Counted from the stretch's first letter, positions 1-9,495 are shown. The stretch is 64,000 nucleotides of DNA from an uncultured Candidatus Saccharibacteria bacterium (GCA_964427585.1 CAYRVC010000001.1:34220-98219), one strand, 5' to 3'. Notes: generated by a model not told the origin, from the letters alone. Translations and numbers: made by a program.

Positions 1-2
1 AC

Positions 3-146
3 CATCCTCACGGAGGAGGAGAAGGCAGACAGCCTATTGGCTTGAAATATCCTAAAACGCCGTGGGGAAAGCATGCCTTGGGAGTAAAAACAAGAAAAAG
101 AAACAAACGGTCAAATAAATTTATCATTCAAAGAAGAAAGAAATAA
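3..146 (+). CDS. rplB: 50S ribosomal protein L2, C-terminal fragment (gene runs off the window's 5' edge)
   Basis: Frame 3 reads [47 protein letters not shown], the conserved L2 C-terminus. It lies directly upstream of rpsS. Confidence 0.9.
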   Translation, partial: HPHGGGEGRQPIGLKYPKTPWGKHALGVKTRKRNKRSNKFIIQRRKK

Positions 147-147
147 T

Positions 148-486
148 ATGTCACGAAGTTTGAAAAAAGGTCCGTATGTTGACCAAAAATTATTGAAAAA
201 AGCGCTGAATACCAGGAAAGACGAAAAGAAAATCATAAAAACCTGGGCCAGGGGGTCTTCTATCTCGCCGGAAATGGTGGGTTTTACTTTTGGCGTGCAC
301 AACGGGAAAGAATTCGTTTCCATTTATATTTCAGAGGACATGGTGGGCCATAAGCTGGGCGAATTCGCTCCCACCACCAAGTTTATAAGGCACGGAGGCA
401 GGATGCAGAGGGAAATTGAGCAGGGAGCTGAACAAAAAGAAGCGGTTAAAACGGAAGCCTTGAAAAAAGGACCGGTTAAAAAATAA
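148..486 (+). CDS. rpsS: 30S ribosomal protein S19 (with a Lys/Glu-rich C-terminal tail)
   Basis: SLKKGPYVD...[12 protein letters not shown]...GHKLGEF matches the S19 pattern, and the gene is in operon position. Confidence 0.95.
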   Translation: MSRSLKKGPYVDQKLLKKALNTRKDEKKIIKTWARGSSISPEMVGFTFGVHNGKEFVSIYISEDMVGHKLGEFAPTTKFIRHGGRMQREIEQGAEQKEAVKTEALKKGPVKK

Positions 487-488
487 CA

Positions 489-863
489 ATGGAAGTAAAG
501 GTTAAATTAAGCAATTTAAGGATAGCCCCGAGGAAGGTAAGGCAGGTTGTGGACATGGTAAGGGGAAAGAAAGCTGATGAAGCCCAGTCGATTCTTTCGT
601 TTACGATAAACAAGCCAGCCGGCCATGTTTTAAAGCTTTTGAACAGCGCCTTAGCTTCGGCTCGCCATGATTTTTCGCTTGACGAATCAAAACTTTACAT
701 ATCAAAAATTTTAACGGACGAAGGCCCGAAATTGAAAAGGTGGCATCCGATGTCCCGCGGAAGGGCGTATCCCATAGAGAAAAGAACATCGCACATAACG
801 CTGGTGTTAAGTGAAATAAATTCAGAGAAAATAAAGAAAAATAAAAGAAAAAATAAAAGTTAA
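489..863 (+). CDS. rplV: 50S ribosomal protein L22
   Basis: RIAPRKVRQVVDMVRGK... matches the L22 pattern. The gene sits between rpsS and rpsC. Confidence 0.93.
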   Translation: MEVKVKLSNLRIAPRKVRQVVDMVRGKKADEAQSILSFTINKPAGHVLKLLNSALASARHDFSLDESKLYISKILTDEGPKLKRWHPMSRGRAYPIEKRTSHITLVLSEINSEKIKKNKRKNKS

Positions 864-875
864 AAATTCGCCGCT

Positions 876-1529
876 ATGGCTCACAAAGTCAATCCAAAAT
901 CATTCAGAATAAGGGGAATGGAAGACTGGAATACACGGGGTTTTTACGGAAAAAAAATGTTCCTGCATTTGAAGGAGGATTTTTTGATCAGGGATTTTTT
1001 AAAGAAAAGGCTGGCTGAAGCATCGGTGGCAGGCATTCAAATAGAGCGTTCAGCCAACAAAGTGAATATAATAATTGAAACAGCCAGGCCAGGCCTCATC
1101 ATAGGAAGGGGAGGAGGCGGAGCTGAAGCATTGAAAAAAGAAACAGAAAAGATGATTAAAAAAAGCATTTCGCAAAAAAGCGTTTTGGAATTAAGAATAG
1201 AGATAAGGGAAATAAAAGACCCCTGGACATCGGCTTCCCTGGTGGCCCAGATGGCGGCCCAGCAGATAGAAAAAAGGATACCATTCCGTCATGTTTTGAA
1301 AAAAAGCATGGAAAGGGTAATGCAGAATAAGGATATGAAGGGCGTAAAAATGGAACTGTCCGGCAGGCTGAACGGCGTGGAAATAGCAAGGAAAGAGTGG
1401 TTAAAACAGGGCAGGCTTCCAAGAAATACCATAAGGGCGGACATTGATTACAGTCAAAGCGAAGCCCATTGCACCTACGGCGCGATTGGAATAAAGGTGT
1501 GGATATATAAAGGAGATAAATTTGAATAA
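876..1529 (+). CDS. rpsC: 30S ribosomal protein S3
   Basis: [14 protein letters not shown] start, a KH-type GLIIGRGG motif, and operon position. Confidence 0.95.
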   Translation: MAHKVNPKSFRIRGMEDWNTRGFYGKKMFLHLKEDFLIRDFLKKRLAEASVAGIQIERSANKVNIIIETARPGLIIGRGGGGAEALKKETEKMIKKSISQKSVLELRIEIREIKDPWTSASLVAQMAAQQIEKRIPFRHVLKKSMERVMQNKDMKGVKMELSGRLNGVEIARKEWLKQGRLPRNTIRADIDYSQSEAHCTYGAIGIKVWIYKGDKFE

Positions 1530-1537
1530 ATATTGCC

Positions 1538-1948
1538 ATGGGAATACTAATGCCAAAAAAAGTTAAACACAGGAAATGGCACAGAGGAAAGTCGAAAGGG
1601 ATTGAAAACCGCGCGACCGATCTTAATTTCGGAATTTTTGGATTGAAGGCCTTGGAAACCAAATGGATAACCGCCCGCCAATTGGAATCGGCAAGGAGAT
1701 GCATAATAAGATATTTTAAAAAAGGCGGAAAGCTCTGGATAAGAATTTTTCCGGATAAGCCGGTAACAGCCAAGGGGGCGGAAGTGGGAATGGGCGGAGG
1801 AAAAGGCGCTGTCGACCATTATGTTTACCCCGTAAGGCCGGGCAGGATTATTTTTGAAATAGACGGAATCAAGGAAGATATGGCCAGAGAGGCTTTGAGG
1901 GGAGCGGCAAACAAGTTGCCTATCAAAACAAGATTTATTAAAAAATAG
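1538..1948 (+). CDS. rplP: 50S ribosomal protein L16
   Basis: [14 protein letters not shown]...ARQLESARR matches L16. The true start may be the ATG at 1550. Confidence 0.93.
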   Translation: MGILMPKKVKHRKWHRGKSKGIENRATDLNFGIFGLKALETKWITARQLESARRCIIRYFKKGGKLWIRIFPDKPVTAKGAEVGMGGGKGAVDHYVYPVRPGRIIFEIDGIKEDMAREALRGAANKLPIKTRFIKK

Positions 1949-1950
1949 AC

Positions 1951-2136
1951 ATGAAAGCAAGCGAATTGAGAAAAAAAGACAAAAAAGAGCTGGAAAAGCA
2001 GGCTCAAGACTTGCGGAAAAAATTGGCTGACATCAGGTTTAAGTTTTCTTCCAACAAGTTGAAAAACGTAAAAGAAATAAGCAATTCAAAAAAAGAAATA
2101 GCAAGAATTTTAACTGTTTTAAAAGAAATAAAATGA
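1951..2136 (+). CDS. rpmC: 50S ribosomal protein L29
   Basis: 61 aa; [24 protein letters not shown] matches the L29 pattern; operon position. Confidence 0.9.
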   Translation: MKASELRKKDKKELEKQAQDLRKKLADIRFKFSSNKLKNVKEISNSKKEIARILTVLKEIK

Positions 2137-2363
2137 AGAAAAAATTAGCAGGAATTGTGGTTTCAGACAAGATGAAAAAAACAGTAGTGGTTGAGGTTGA
2201 AAGGATAAAAGAAGCTAAAAAGTATAAGAGAAGGTATAAAGTCCACAAAAAATATAAAGCCCACGACGAAAACCAGGAATACCATGCCGGGGATAAGGTT
2301 TTAATAGAAGAAACAAAACCTTTGTCAAAGGACAAAAGGTGGAAAGTAATACAAAAAATTTAA
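2133..2363 (+). CDS. rpsQ: 30S ribosomal protein S17
   Basis: [18 protein letters not shown]...[27 protein letters not shown] matches S17. There is an ATGA overlap with rpmC. Confidence 0.93.
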   Translation: MKKKLAGIVVSDKMKKTVVVEVERIKEAKKYKRRYKVHKKYKAHDENQEYHAGDKVLIEETKPLSKDKRWKVIQKI

Positions 2364-2367
2364 AAAT

Positions 2368-2736
2368 ATGATACAGTTAAGGTCAATGTTAAAAGTGGCT
2401 GACAACTCCGGAGCAAAAATTATCCAGGTTATTAACGTTCCGGGCGGGACTCGCCGGAGATACGGCGGCTTGGGGGATATAGTAGTGGCCGCGGTAAAGA
2501 AAGCCGAACCCAGAAAACTGGTTAAAAAACACGAAAAAGTGAAAGCGGTCATCATAAGGCTGAAAAAAGAGTATAAAAGAGCCGACGGATCGTATATCCG
2601 TTTTGACGACAACGCGGCTGTGATTTTAGGCGACGGAAAGCTTCCCAAGGCAACCAGGATTTTCGGGCCCACTGCCAGGGAATTGAAAGAAAAAGGCTTT
2701 GATAAAATAGCGACGATGGCCAGCGAATTGTTGTAA
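2368..2736 (+). CDS. rplN: 50S ribosomal protein L14
   Basis: [17 protein letters not shown]...IRFDDNAAV matches L14. Confidence 0.95.
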   Translation: MIQLRSMLKVADNSGAKIIQVINVPGGTRRRYGGLGDIVVAAVKKAEPRKLVKKHEKVKAVIIRLKKEYKRADGSYIRFDDNAAVILGDGKLPKATRIFGPTARELKEKGFDKIATMASELL

Positions 2737-2857
2737 CCCCCACACCATAACGAGCCATTTTTTGGGGGTGTAATAGTATTAATTTTATAACACAGACGTA
2801 TGCTGAACAAATCAATTTTTTTAAAAATTTGATTTGGTGGCTCGTTTGGTGTGGGGG
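2737..2857 (+). promoter_or_regulatory. Structured 120-nt element with about 20-bp GC-rich terminal inverted repeats filling the rplN-rplX gap
   Basis: CCCCCACACCATAACGAGCCA (2737-2757) is complementary to TGGCTCGTTTGGTGTGGGGG (2838-2857) with a 1-nt bulge. An inner hairpin pairs 2808-2820 with 2823-2836. Confidence 0.6.
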
Positions 2858-3162
2858 TGAAAATAAAAAAGGGAGACAATGTTTTGGTGCAGTCAGGGAA
2901 AGACAGGGGTAAAAGCGGAAAAGTGCTTAGAGTTCTTGTTAAAAGAAACAGGATTTTGGTTGAAGGCGTAAATTTCAGAAAAAAACACGTAAGGCCGAAA
3001 AAAAGCGGGGAAAAGGGACAGATTGTGGATGTTTTATCGGCCTTGGATATTTCCAGCGTTAAAATAATCTGCCCCCGATGCGGGAAAGCGGCCAGGGTGG
3101 GTTATAAAATTGAAAATGAAAAAAAATTAAGGGTTTGCAAAAAATGCGGCCAGCAGATATGA
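2857..3162 (+). CDS. rplX: 50S ribosomal protein L24 (C-terminal CxxC..CxxC ribbon)
   Basis: The GTG at 2857 gives MKIKKGDNVLVQSGKDRGK, a canonical L24 N-terminus. The ORF track starts 6 nt earlier, at 2851. Confidence 0.92.
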   Translation: MKIKKGDNVLVQSGKDRGKSGKVLRVLVKRNRILVEGVNFRKKHVRPKKSGEKGQIVDVLSALDISSVKIICPRCGKAARVGYKIENEKKLRVCKKCGQQI

Positions 3163-3167
3163 CAAAT

Positions 3168-3731
3168 ATGACCAGCCTTAGAGAAAAATATAAAAAAGAA
3201 GCGGCGCCCCAGATGATGAAGGTTTTCGGCTATAAGAATGTTATGGCGGTTCCTTCCGTTAAAAAGGTTGTGATAAACAGCTGTTTTGGAAAAAACATCG
3301 CGGGCAAGTCGGCCGGGGAGAGGGAAAAGATACAGAATGCCATTGTGCATGACCTGTCTTTGATTTCCGGTCAAAGGCCGAAACTGGCAAAATCAAAAAA
3401 ATCAATTGCCGGGTTCAAATTGAGGGAAGGGCTGGAAATTGCCGCGGTGGCGACATTGAGAAAAACTAAAATGTGGGATTTTTTAGAAAGGCTTATTTAT
3501 CTGGCATTGCCAAGGTCTCACGATTTTAAAGGAATAGACCCAAAATCAATCGACAAAAGAGGAAACCTTAATTTAGGCTTTAAGGAGCATATTTCGTTTC
3601 CCGAAATTTTTGCGGAAAAGGAGAAAACAATTTTCGGGCTGGAAATAACAGTGGTGACAAACGCAAAGAGCAAAGAAGAAGGCTCAGAATTGTATAAATT
3701 ATTAGGATTTCCCATTAAAGATATCAAATAA
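3168..3731 (+). CDS. rplE: 50S ribosomal protein L5
   Basis: [37 protein letters not shown] aligns to L5 N-termini. In-frame ATGs at 3135, 3144 and 3159 are alternative starts. Confidence 0.92.
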   Translation: MTSLREKYKKEAAPQMMKVFGYKNVMAVPSVKKVVINSCFGKNIAGKSAGEREKIQNAIVHDLSLISGQRPKLAKSKKSIAGFKLREGLEIAAVATLRKTKMWDFLERLIYLALPRSHDFKGIDPKSIDKRGNLNLGFKEHISFPEIFAEKEKTIFGLEITVVTNAKSKEEGSELYKLLGFPIKDIK

Positions 3732-3732
3732 C

Positions 3733-3918
3733 ATGGCAAAAACATCACAAGTGGCGAAAACAAACAAAAAACCGAAATATTCCACAAGAACGGTAAGGCG
3801 GTGTTTCAAATGCGGAAGGAGAAGGGGCTTTATGAGAATCTTCGGGCTTTGCAGAATATGTTTTCGCGAATTGGCGAACAAAGGAGAGATACCCGGCGTG
3901 AAGAAATCAAGCTGGTAA
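3733..3918 (+). CDS. rpsN: 30S ribosomal protein S14, zinc-binding short (type Z) form
   Basis: 61 aa; [38 protein letters not shown]. Confidence 0.95.
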   Translation: MAKTSQVAKTNKKPKYSTRTVRRCFKCGRRRGFMRIFGLCRICFRELANKGEIPGVKKSSW

Positions 3919-3968
3919 TTAACGAAATTAAAATTTAAAATTAAAAATTTTTTTACAAGGTAAAAGCT

Positions 3969-4403
3969 ATGACAGACCCGATTACAGACATGTTAAACAG
4001 AATAAGAAACGCAAGCCTTCTTTTAAAAGAAGATGTTTTGGTTCCTTTTTCAAAAATAAAATATGAAATCGCCGTGATTTTGGCAAAGGAAGGTTTTGCC
4101 GGAGAAGTCAAAAAAATAATCAAACCTCAAAGACAGCCCGTAAAATCCGCCTCAGCAAAAACCGGCAAGGAAAAGAACAAGGCGATAAAAATAACCTTGA
4201 AATATGAAAACAACGCTCAGGTTATTTCAGGATTGAAAAGGGTTTCAAAGCCCGGCCAGAGAATTTACGGAAAATCGCCTGAAATTAAAAGGGTCAAAGG
4301 GGGATACGGGTTATCAATTATTTCAACGTCCAAAGGCCTGATGACCAGCAAGGAAGCTAAAAAAAATAAAATCGGGGGTGAAATATTATTAGAAGTTTGG
4401 TAA
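3969..4403 (+). CDS. rpsH: 30S ribosomal protein S8 (with an internal Lys-rich insertion)
   Basis: MTDPITDMLNRIRNA...GGEILLEVW matches S8. There is extra sequence around KPQRQPVKSASAKTGKEKNK. Confidence 0.93.
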   Translation: MTDPITDMLNRIRNASLLLKEDVLVPFSKIKYEIAVILAKEGFAGEVKKIIKPQRQPVKSASAKTGKEKNKAIKITLKYENNAQVISGLKRVSKPGQRIYGKSPEIKRVKGGYGLSIISTSKGLMTSKEAKKNKIGGEILLEVW

Positions 4404-4404
4404 T

Positions 4405-4956
4405 ATGTCAAAAATAGGCAAAAAGCCGATAGAAATTTTAGAAGGCGTAAAAGTGGAATCGGACGGGAATAATGTTAAGGTTTCAGGGCCCAAAGGAGAG
4501 CTCAAAGCCTCTTTTCCCCCGGCCTTAAACATGGAAATAGCTGGCAAGGAGATTTTGATTTCCGTAAAGCAGGAAAATCCTTCAAACAAAATAAGGGCGC
4601 TTTGGGGATTGTACAGGTCTTTGGTTTTTAATATGGTTTTGGGCGTGAGCAAAGGGTTTGAAAAGAAGCTGGAAATAGAAGGCGTCGGATATAAAGCGGT
4701 TGTTGACGGGGAATCTTTGGTTTTGAACGTCGGATTTATAAATCCCGTAAGGATAAAAAAACCTGAAGGCATTACTTTTTTGGTTGAAAAAAACGTGATT
4801 ACGGTTTCGGGCATAGATAAGGAAAAAGTGGGCCAGATAGCGGCTATAATCAGAAAAGCCAAAAAAGCGGAGCCGTACAAAGGGAAGGGCATAAAATATC
4901 AAGGAGAAAAAATAAGGAGGAAAGAAGGCAAAAAAATAGTTGCGGCAAAGAAATAA
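4405..4956 (+). CDS. rplF: 50S ribosomal protein L6
   Basis: MSKIGKKPIEILEGVKV...EPYKGKGIKY matches L6. Confidence 0.94.
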   Translation: MSKIGKKPIEILEGVKVESDGNNVKVSGPKGELKASFPPALNMEIAGKEILISVKQENPSNKIRALWGLYRSLVFNMVLGVSKGFEKKLEIEGVGYKAVVDGESLVLNVGFINPVRIKKPEGITFLVEKNVITVSGIDKEKVGQIAAIIRKAKKAEPYKGKGIKYQGEKIRRKEGKKIVAAKK

Positions 4957-4971
4957 CCAATTAGAATATTT

Positions 4972-5328
4972 ATGAATAAACAGCAAAAAAGGGAAAAAAG
5001 GCATAAAAAGATAAGGGCAAGAATCAGCGGCACCAAGGAAAAGCCCAGGCTTTTTGTGTTCAGGTCAGATAAGCACATATATGCCCAGATTATTGACGAT
5101 GACACGGCAAAAGTTTTGCTGGCCGCTTCAGACAAAGAGGTGAAGAAAACGGAAAAAAAGGAAAAGGGAGGCAAAACAAATATCGCTTTCCAGGTTGGAA
5201 AAATAATAGCCAAAAAAGCAGCTGAAAAATCAATTGAAAAAGTGGTTTTTGACAGGGGAGGTTTTATCTTCCATGGCAGAATTAAGGCGCTGGCAGAAGG
5301 AGCCAGGGAAGGGGGTTTAAAATTTTAA
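4972..5328 (+). CDS. rplR: 50S ribosomal protein L18
   Basis: [18 protein letters not shown]...[26 protein letters not shown] matches L18. Confidence 0.94.
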   Translation: MNKQQKREKRHKKIRARISGTKEKPRLFVFRSDKHIYAQIIDDDTAKVLLAASDKEVKKTEKKEKGGKTNIAFQVGKIIAKKAAEKSIEKVVFDRGGFIFHGRIKALAEGAREGGLKF

Positions 5329-5337
5329 TATTGAAAT

Positions 5338-5886
5338 ATGGCAGAATCAAAGAATAAAATTGAAGAAATAAAAGAAAAACCAAAGAAAGACGACGGATTT
5401 AGAAAATTCAGCGGTCGGAGTTACGGCCGCGGGCGGCCTGACGCGCCCATTAAAGATGATATCGAATCAAAGCTTTTGGATCTTGCCAGGGTTACCAGGG
5501 TTACCGGAGGAGGGAAGCGTTTGAGGTTCAGGGCTGTCGTGGCCGCCGGCGACAAGAAAGGCAGGGTCGGCCTTGGCGTAGACAAGGGAAAAGATGTGTC
5601 GCAGGCAATAGAAAAAGCCACAAGAAGAGCCAGAAAAAACTTAATTTTAGTTCAGATAGCGGGGGAAACCATTGCCTATGAGGTGCAGGCGAAATCAGGC
5701 CCGGCGGTTGTTTTATTAAAACCGCAGAAAAAAGGAAGGGGTTTGGTTGCCGGCGGAGCCGTAAGAATAATCTGCGAGCTGGCCGGAATTAAAAATATCA
5801 GTTCGAAAATACTTTCCGGATCGAAAAACAAGCTTAACAACGCCACGGCGACAATAGAGGCGTTAAAAAAACTTAAAGCAAAATAA
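5338..5886 (+). CDS. rpsE: 30S ribosomal protein S5 (N-terminal extension)
   Basis: VTRVTGGGKRLRFRAVVAAGDKKGRVGLGVDKGKDV...GRGLVAGGAVR matches S5. Confidence 0.94.
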   Translation: MAESKNKIEEIKEKPKKDDGFRKFSGRSYGRGRPDAPIKDDIESKLLDLARVTRVTGGGKRLRFRAVVAAGDKKGRVGLGVDKGKDVSQAIEKATRRARKNLILVQIAGETIAYEVQAKSGPAVVLLKPQKKGRGLVAGGAVRIICELAGIKNISSKILSGSKNKLNNATATIEALKKLKAK

Positions 5887-5887
5887 T

Positions 5888-6319
5888 ATGCAGATTAACG
5901 AATTAAAACCTTATCACAAGAATAAAGGCAAAAAAAGAGTGGGCAGGGGAGGAAAAAAAGGCACTTATTCAGGAAAAGGATTAAAAGGCCAAAAATCAAG
6001 GGCAGGCAGAAAAATGGTTCCGATTATCAGGGAGCTTATTAAAAGATATCCCAAATTAAAAGGATACAGAAGTTTTTCCCTGGAGGATTTTTCAGTTGTG
6101 GTTAATATTGATCTTCTGGAAAAAACATCGGAAAAGGGGGAAACCATCAGCCCCGAAAGCTTGCTGAAAAAAGGAATTATCCGTAAAATAAAAGGAAGAA
6201 ATCCCGATGTTAAAATTTTAGGGTCGGGAAAACTGACAAAGCCATTGGTTATAGAAAATTGCAGTGTTTCCAAATCTGCAAGGGAGGCCATAGAGAAAGC
6301 CGGCGGCAATGTGCGATAA
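5888..6319 (+). CDS. rplO: 50S ribosomal protein L15
   Basis: KKRVGRGGKKGTYSGKGLKGQKSRAG matches L15. It starts 1 nt after the rpsE stop, so no L30 gene lies between them. Confidence 0.93.
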   Translation: MQINELKPYHKNKGKKRVGRGGKKGTYSGKGLKGQKSRAGRKMVPIIRELIKRYPKLKGYRSFSLEDFSVVVNIDLLEKTSEKGETISPESLLKKGIIRKIKGRNPDVKILGSGKLTKPLVIENCSVSKSAREAIEKAGGNVR

Positions 6320-6336
6320 TTTGAAATATAAAAGTT

Positions 6337-7614
6337 ATGTGGCACGAAAAAATACTATTTCTTTTCAGAAACAAAGAATTAAGGAATAAAATTTTATTTA
6401 TAATTTTCCTTTTTGTTGTTTTCAGAATCGCCGCCAATATCCCCATTCCCGGAATCGGAACTGAAAATTTAAGGAAATTTTTTGCCGAAAATCAGGTTTT
6501 CGGCCTTTTAAATGTTTTTGCCGGCGGAGCTTTGAGCAATTTTTCAATAATTCTGCTGGGGCTCGGGCCTTATATCACAGCCACCATCATCTTGCAATTG
6601 CTTACCATGATTTTTCCGGCGCTGGAAAAAATGTACAAAGAAGAAGGCGAGGCCGGCCGCCATAAATTCAACCAATATTCAAGATTACTGACCATTCCCC
6701 TGGCTTTTTTTGAAGGATACGGAATGCTGACTGTTTTCCAAAGGCAAGGGATAATTTCCGGCCTTTCTCCAGAAATTTTATTGAGCTCCGTCATCACCAT
6801 TGCCGCGGGAGCTATGTTTTTGATGTGGCTGGGAGAAATTATTTCCGAGCAGGGCATGGGGAACGGCATTTCTCTTTTGATATTTGCGGGAATAGTGGCC
6901 AATCTTCCGATAAACATATTCCAGACATTCGTAAGCTGGGATCCTTCCAAAATCCCTTCTTATCTGCTGTTTTTTTTCCTGTCTTTGGTTATAATCGCCG
7001 GCGTTGTTTTAATTACGGAAGCCCGCAGGAACATACTTGTTTCCTACGCCAAAAGGGTGAGGGGGTCAAAGATGTACGGCGGGTTCTCGACATATCTGCC
7101 TTTGAATGTAAACCCGGCCGGAGTCATTCCTATTATCTTCGCCCTTTCAGTTCTTTTGTTTCCGGGGATGATTGCTAACTTTTTGGGAGGGGTTCCGGGG
7201 GCAGTGGGGAATGTCGCCAACTCCATGGGAAATTTTTTCAATAATATTTGGGTCAACGGCATTTTGTATTTTATTCTTGTGATTATGTTTACCTATTTTT
7301 ACACTGCCGTTACTTTTGACCCGAAAACCATAGCTGAAAATCTGCAAAAAATGGGCGGGTTTATTCCAGGCGTAAGGCCGGGCAGGCCCACGGCTGATTT
7401 TTTAAAGCATATTTTAAACAGGGTTTTGTTCACCGGCGCCATTTTTCTGGCCTTAATAGCCGTTCTTCCGTCTATTGTTGCCGGACTTACCGGGGTAACA
7501 GGCTTCACTTTTTTGATAGGAGGAACATCGCTTTTAATAGTTGTAAGCGTTGTGCTGGAAACAGTGCGGCAGATAAACGCCCAGCTCGAGATGAGGGAAT
7601 ACGACACTTTTTAA
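6337..7614 (+). CDS. secY: Preprotein translocase subunit SecY
   Basis: 425 aa, multi-TM; IPIPGI, GGALSNFSIILLGLGPYITATIILQLL, GISLLIFAGIV; operon position. Confidence 0.95.
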   Translation: MWHEKILFLFRNKELRNKILFIIFLFVVFRIAANIPIPGIGTENLRKFFAENQVFGLLNVFAGGALSNFSIILLGLGPYITATIILQLLTMIFPALEKMYKEEGEAGRHKFNQYSRLLTIPLAFFEGYGMLTVFQRQGIISGLSPEILLSSVITIAAGAMFLMWLGEIISEQGMGNGISLLIFAGIVANLPINIFQTFVSWDPSKIPSYLLFFFLSLVIIAGVVLITEARRNILVSYAKRVRGSKMYGGFSTYLPLNVNPAGVIPIIFALSVLLFPGMIANFLGGVPGAVGNVANSMGNFFNNIWVNGILYFILVIMFTYFYTAVTFDPKTIAENLQKMGGFIPGVRPGRPTADFLKHILNRVLFTGAIFLALIAVLPSIVAGLTGVTGFTFLIGGTSLLIVVSVVLETVRQINAQLEMREYDTF

Positions 7615-7660
7615 TCTGTTGATTAAAAAGTGAATTTTAAATTTTTAATTTTAAATTTTT

Positions 7661-8350
7661 ATGAAACAGGTTATAATTTTATTCGGGCCTCCGGGGGCGG
7701 GCAAAGGCACGCAGGCCGAGCTTCTGGCAGATAAACTGGGGTATTATCACTTTGAATCAAGCAAGGTTATCGAAGCCTGTTTTCAAAACGAACAGCAGGA
7801 AAAAGTTTTCAGCATAGAAGGAAACGATTACAAAGTAGGCGACGAAAAAAAAAGATGGGAGCAGGGCTTGCTCAACAGCCCTCCTTTTGTTGTTTTTTTG
7901 ATGGCTGAAAGGATAAAGGAATTGGCGGAGATGGGAAAATCAATTATTTTTTCCGGTTCCCCCAGAACGGTTTACGAGGCCGAAAGGGAAATTCCTCTTT
8001 TAAAAGAGCTTTACGGTCTGGAGAATATAAATTTTCTTTTTTTAGAAATTTCTCCTAAAACCACTATTTTTAGGAACTCTAACAGGAGGATATGCGAGCT
8101 TATCCGTCATTCTATTTTGTTTACTCCAGAAACGGAAAAATTAACCTTTTGTCCTTTAGACGGGTCAAAACTGGTAAGGAGAAAGGGTTTAGATGAACTG
8201 GCGACAATTAAAAAACGCTTGGAAATTTTCAAAGAGCAAACGTTTCCCGTTTTAGAGACAGTCAAAAGAGCGGAGATAGAAATTAAAAAAGTGAACGGCG
8301 AACAGTGGGTGGCGGATGTTTTTCAGGATGTTCTCGGAGCGCTTAAATAA
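7661..8350 (+). CDS. adk: Adenylate kinase
   Basis: P-loop ILFGPPGAGKGTQAELLA, followed by a lid-like segment. It follows secY. Confidence 0.85.
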   Translation: MKQVIILFGPPGAGKGTQAELLADKLGYYHFESSKVIEACFQNEQQEKVFSIEGNDYKVGDEKKRWEQGLLNSPPFVVFLMAERIKELAEMGKSIIFSGSPRTVYEAEREIPLLKELYGLENINFLFLEISPKTTIFRNSNRRICELIRHSILFTPETEKLTFCPLDGSKLVRRKGLDELATIKKRLEIFKEQTFPVLETVKRAEIEIKKVNGEQWVADVFQDVLGALK

Positions 8351-8355
8351 ATATC

Positions 8356-9102
8356 GTGATAACAATAAAAACCGAGGAAGAAATAAATATAATGAGGGAG
8401 GGCGGCCGGATTTTGGCTGGAGTTTTGGAAAAAATAAGCCGATTGGCAAAGCCGGGCGTCGCCACAATGGAATTAGACAGGGCCGCTGAGGCCCTTATTT
8501 TAAAGCATGGGGCAAAGCCGTCTTTTAAAGGATATCACGGTTTTCCCCATTCAGCCTGCATTTCCGTAAACGATGAAGTCGTGCATTGTTTTCCGTCAGG
8601 CAGGATTTTAAAAGAGGGCGACGTTGTGTGCTTAGACCTCGGCGTTTTTTACAAGGGATACCATACCGATATGGCAAAAACAGTTATAGCAGGCAAGGGA
8701 ACATGGCGGGCAAGAAGGCTGGTTTCTGTCACTGAAAGATCTTTGGATGTTGGCATTAAAAAGGTTAAAATCGGAAACACGTTGGGAGACATCGGCCACG
8801 CTGTCCAAAAATATGTCGAATCCCGCGGATTTTCAGTGGTAAGGGATTTATGCGGCCACGGCATAGGAAAAGAAATCCATGAGGAGCCCCATATCCCCAA
8901 TTTCGGCGAGAAGCATAGCGGCGAAAAGCTTTCGGAAGGCATGGTAATCTGCATAGAGCCCATGGTAACGGCGGGAGACTGGCATTTAAAAAAAGCCGGG
9001 GACGGCTATGGATTTGCCACCAAAGACGGCTCGCTGTCCGCCCATTTCGAACACACAATAGCCGTAACCAAACATGGCCCTAAAGTATTGACAGAGCTAT
9101 AA
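8356..9102 (+). CDS. map: Methionine aminopeptidase type I
   Basis: GTG start; IKTEEEINIMREGG...GYHGFPHSACISVNDEVVHCFP...DLGVFYKGYHTDMAKT...GHGIGKEIHEEP...FEHT. Confidence 0.93.
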   Translation: MITIKTEEEINIMREGGRILAGVLEKISRLAKPGVATMELDRAAEALILKHGAKPSFKGYHGFPHSACISVNDEVVHCFPSGRILKEGDVVCLDLGVFYKGYHTDMAKTVIAGKGTWRARRLVSVTERSLDVGIKKVKIGNTLGDIGHAVQKYVESRGFSVVRDLCGHGIGKEIHEEPHIPNFGEKHSGEKLSEGMVICIEPMVTAGDWHLKKAGDGYGFATKDGSLSAHFEHTIAVTKHGPKVLTEL

Positions 9103-9170
9103 TTGCAATGTACTATTATACCAGCACACGGAGTTTTAGTTTTGACAATTTTGCCGGAATGAAAGGAGAT

Positions 9171-9425
9171 ATGATGTGTTCAAAACCGAAAAAATCTAAA
9201 TCAAAATCAACCCGGATGCGCCAGGAAAAAAAAGAGCAGCAAGTTCGAAATGATATGAAAATTAGCTTGCAACGCTCAGAGGAGAATGAACAATTAGAAC
9301 AAGCGATAAATATCGGATACGGATTTGCTGATCCAAATGACGACCATGATTCAGACTATGAAGGTGATGATTGGCGAAGTCCATATCGTTCTGATTCTGA
9401 TATTGACGAAGAAGACGAACAATAA
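9171..9425 (+). CDS. Orphan small protein with a basic N-terminus and a hyper-acidic C-terminus
   Basis: AGGAG sits ahead of the ATG pair at 9171/9174. Sequence runs MMCSKPKKSKSKSTRMRQ...DDHDSDYEGDDWRSPYRSDSDIDEEDEQ. The ORF track extends it to 9108. Confidence 0.45.
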   Translation: MMCSKPKKSKSKSTRMRQEKKEQQVRNDMKISLQRSEENEQLEQAINIGYGFADPNDDHDSDYEGDDWRSPYRSDSDIDEEDEQ

Positions 9426-9495
9426 AATTTTAAAATAAAAAAACTCCGCCAGAAAGCCCGAGATAACATCAACGGCTTTTTTTATATATTGCATT

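Noticed and set aside
3919-3968. AT-rich AAATTT/AATTTT iterations in several spacers, considered as a possible CRISPR array or satellite.
   Set aside because: There is no regular repeat-spacer periodicity, no unique spacers and no cas genes. This is low-complexity promoter or spacer DNA.
6825-7178. A 117-aa + strand ORF in an alternative frame inside secY.
   Set aside because: It is fully nested in secY, Arg/Gly/Ser-rich and without motifs, so it is a frame artefact.
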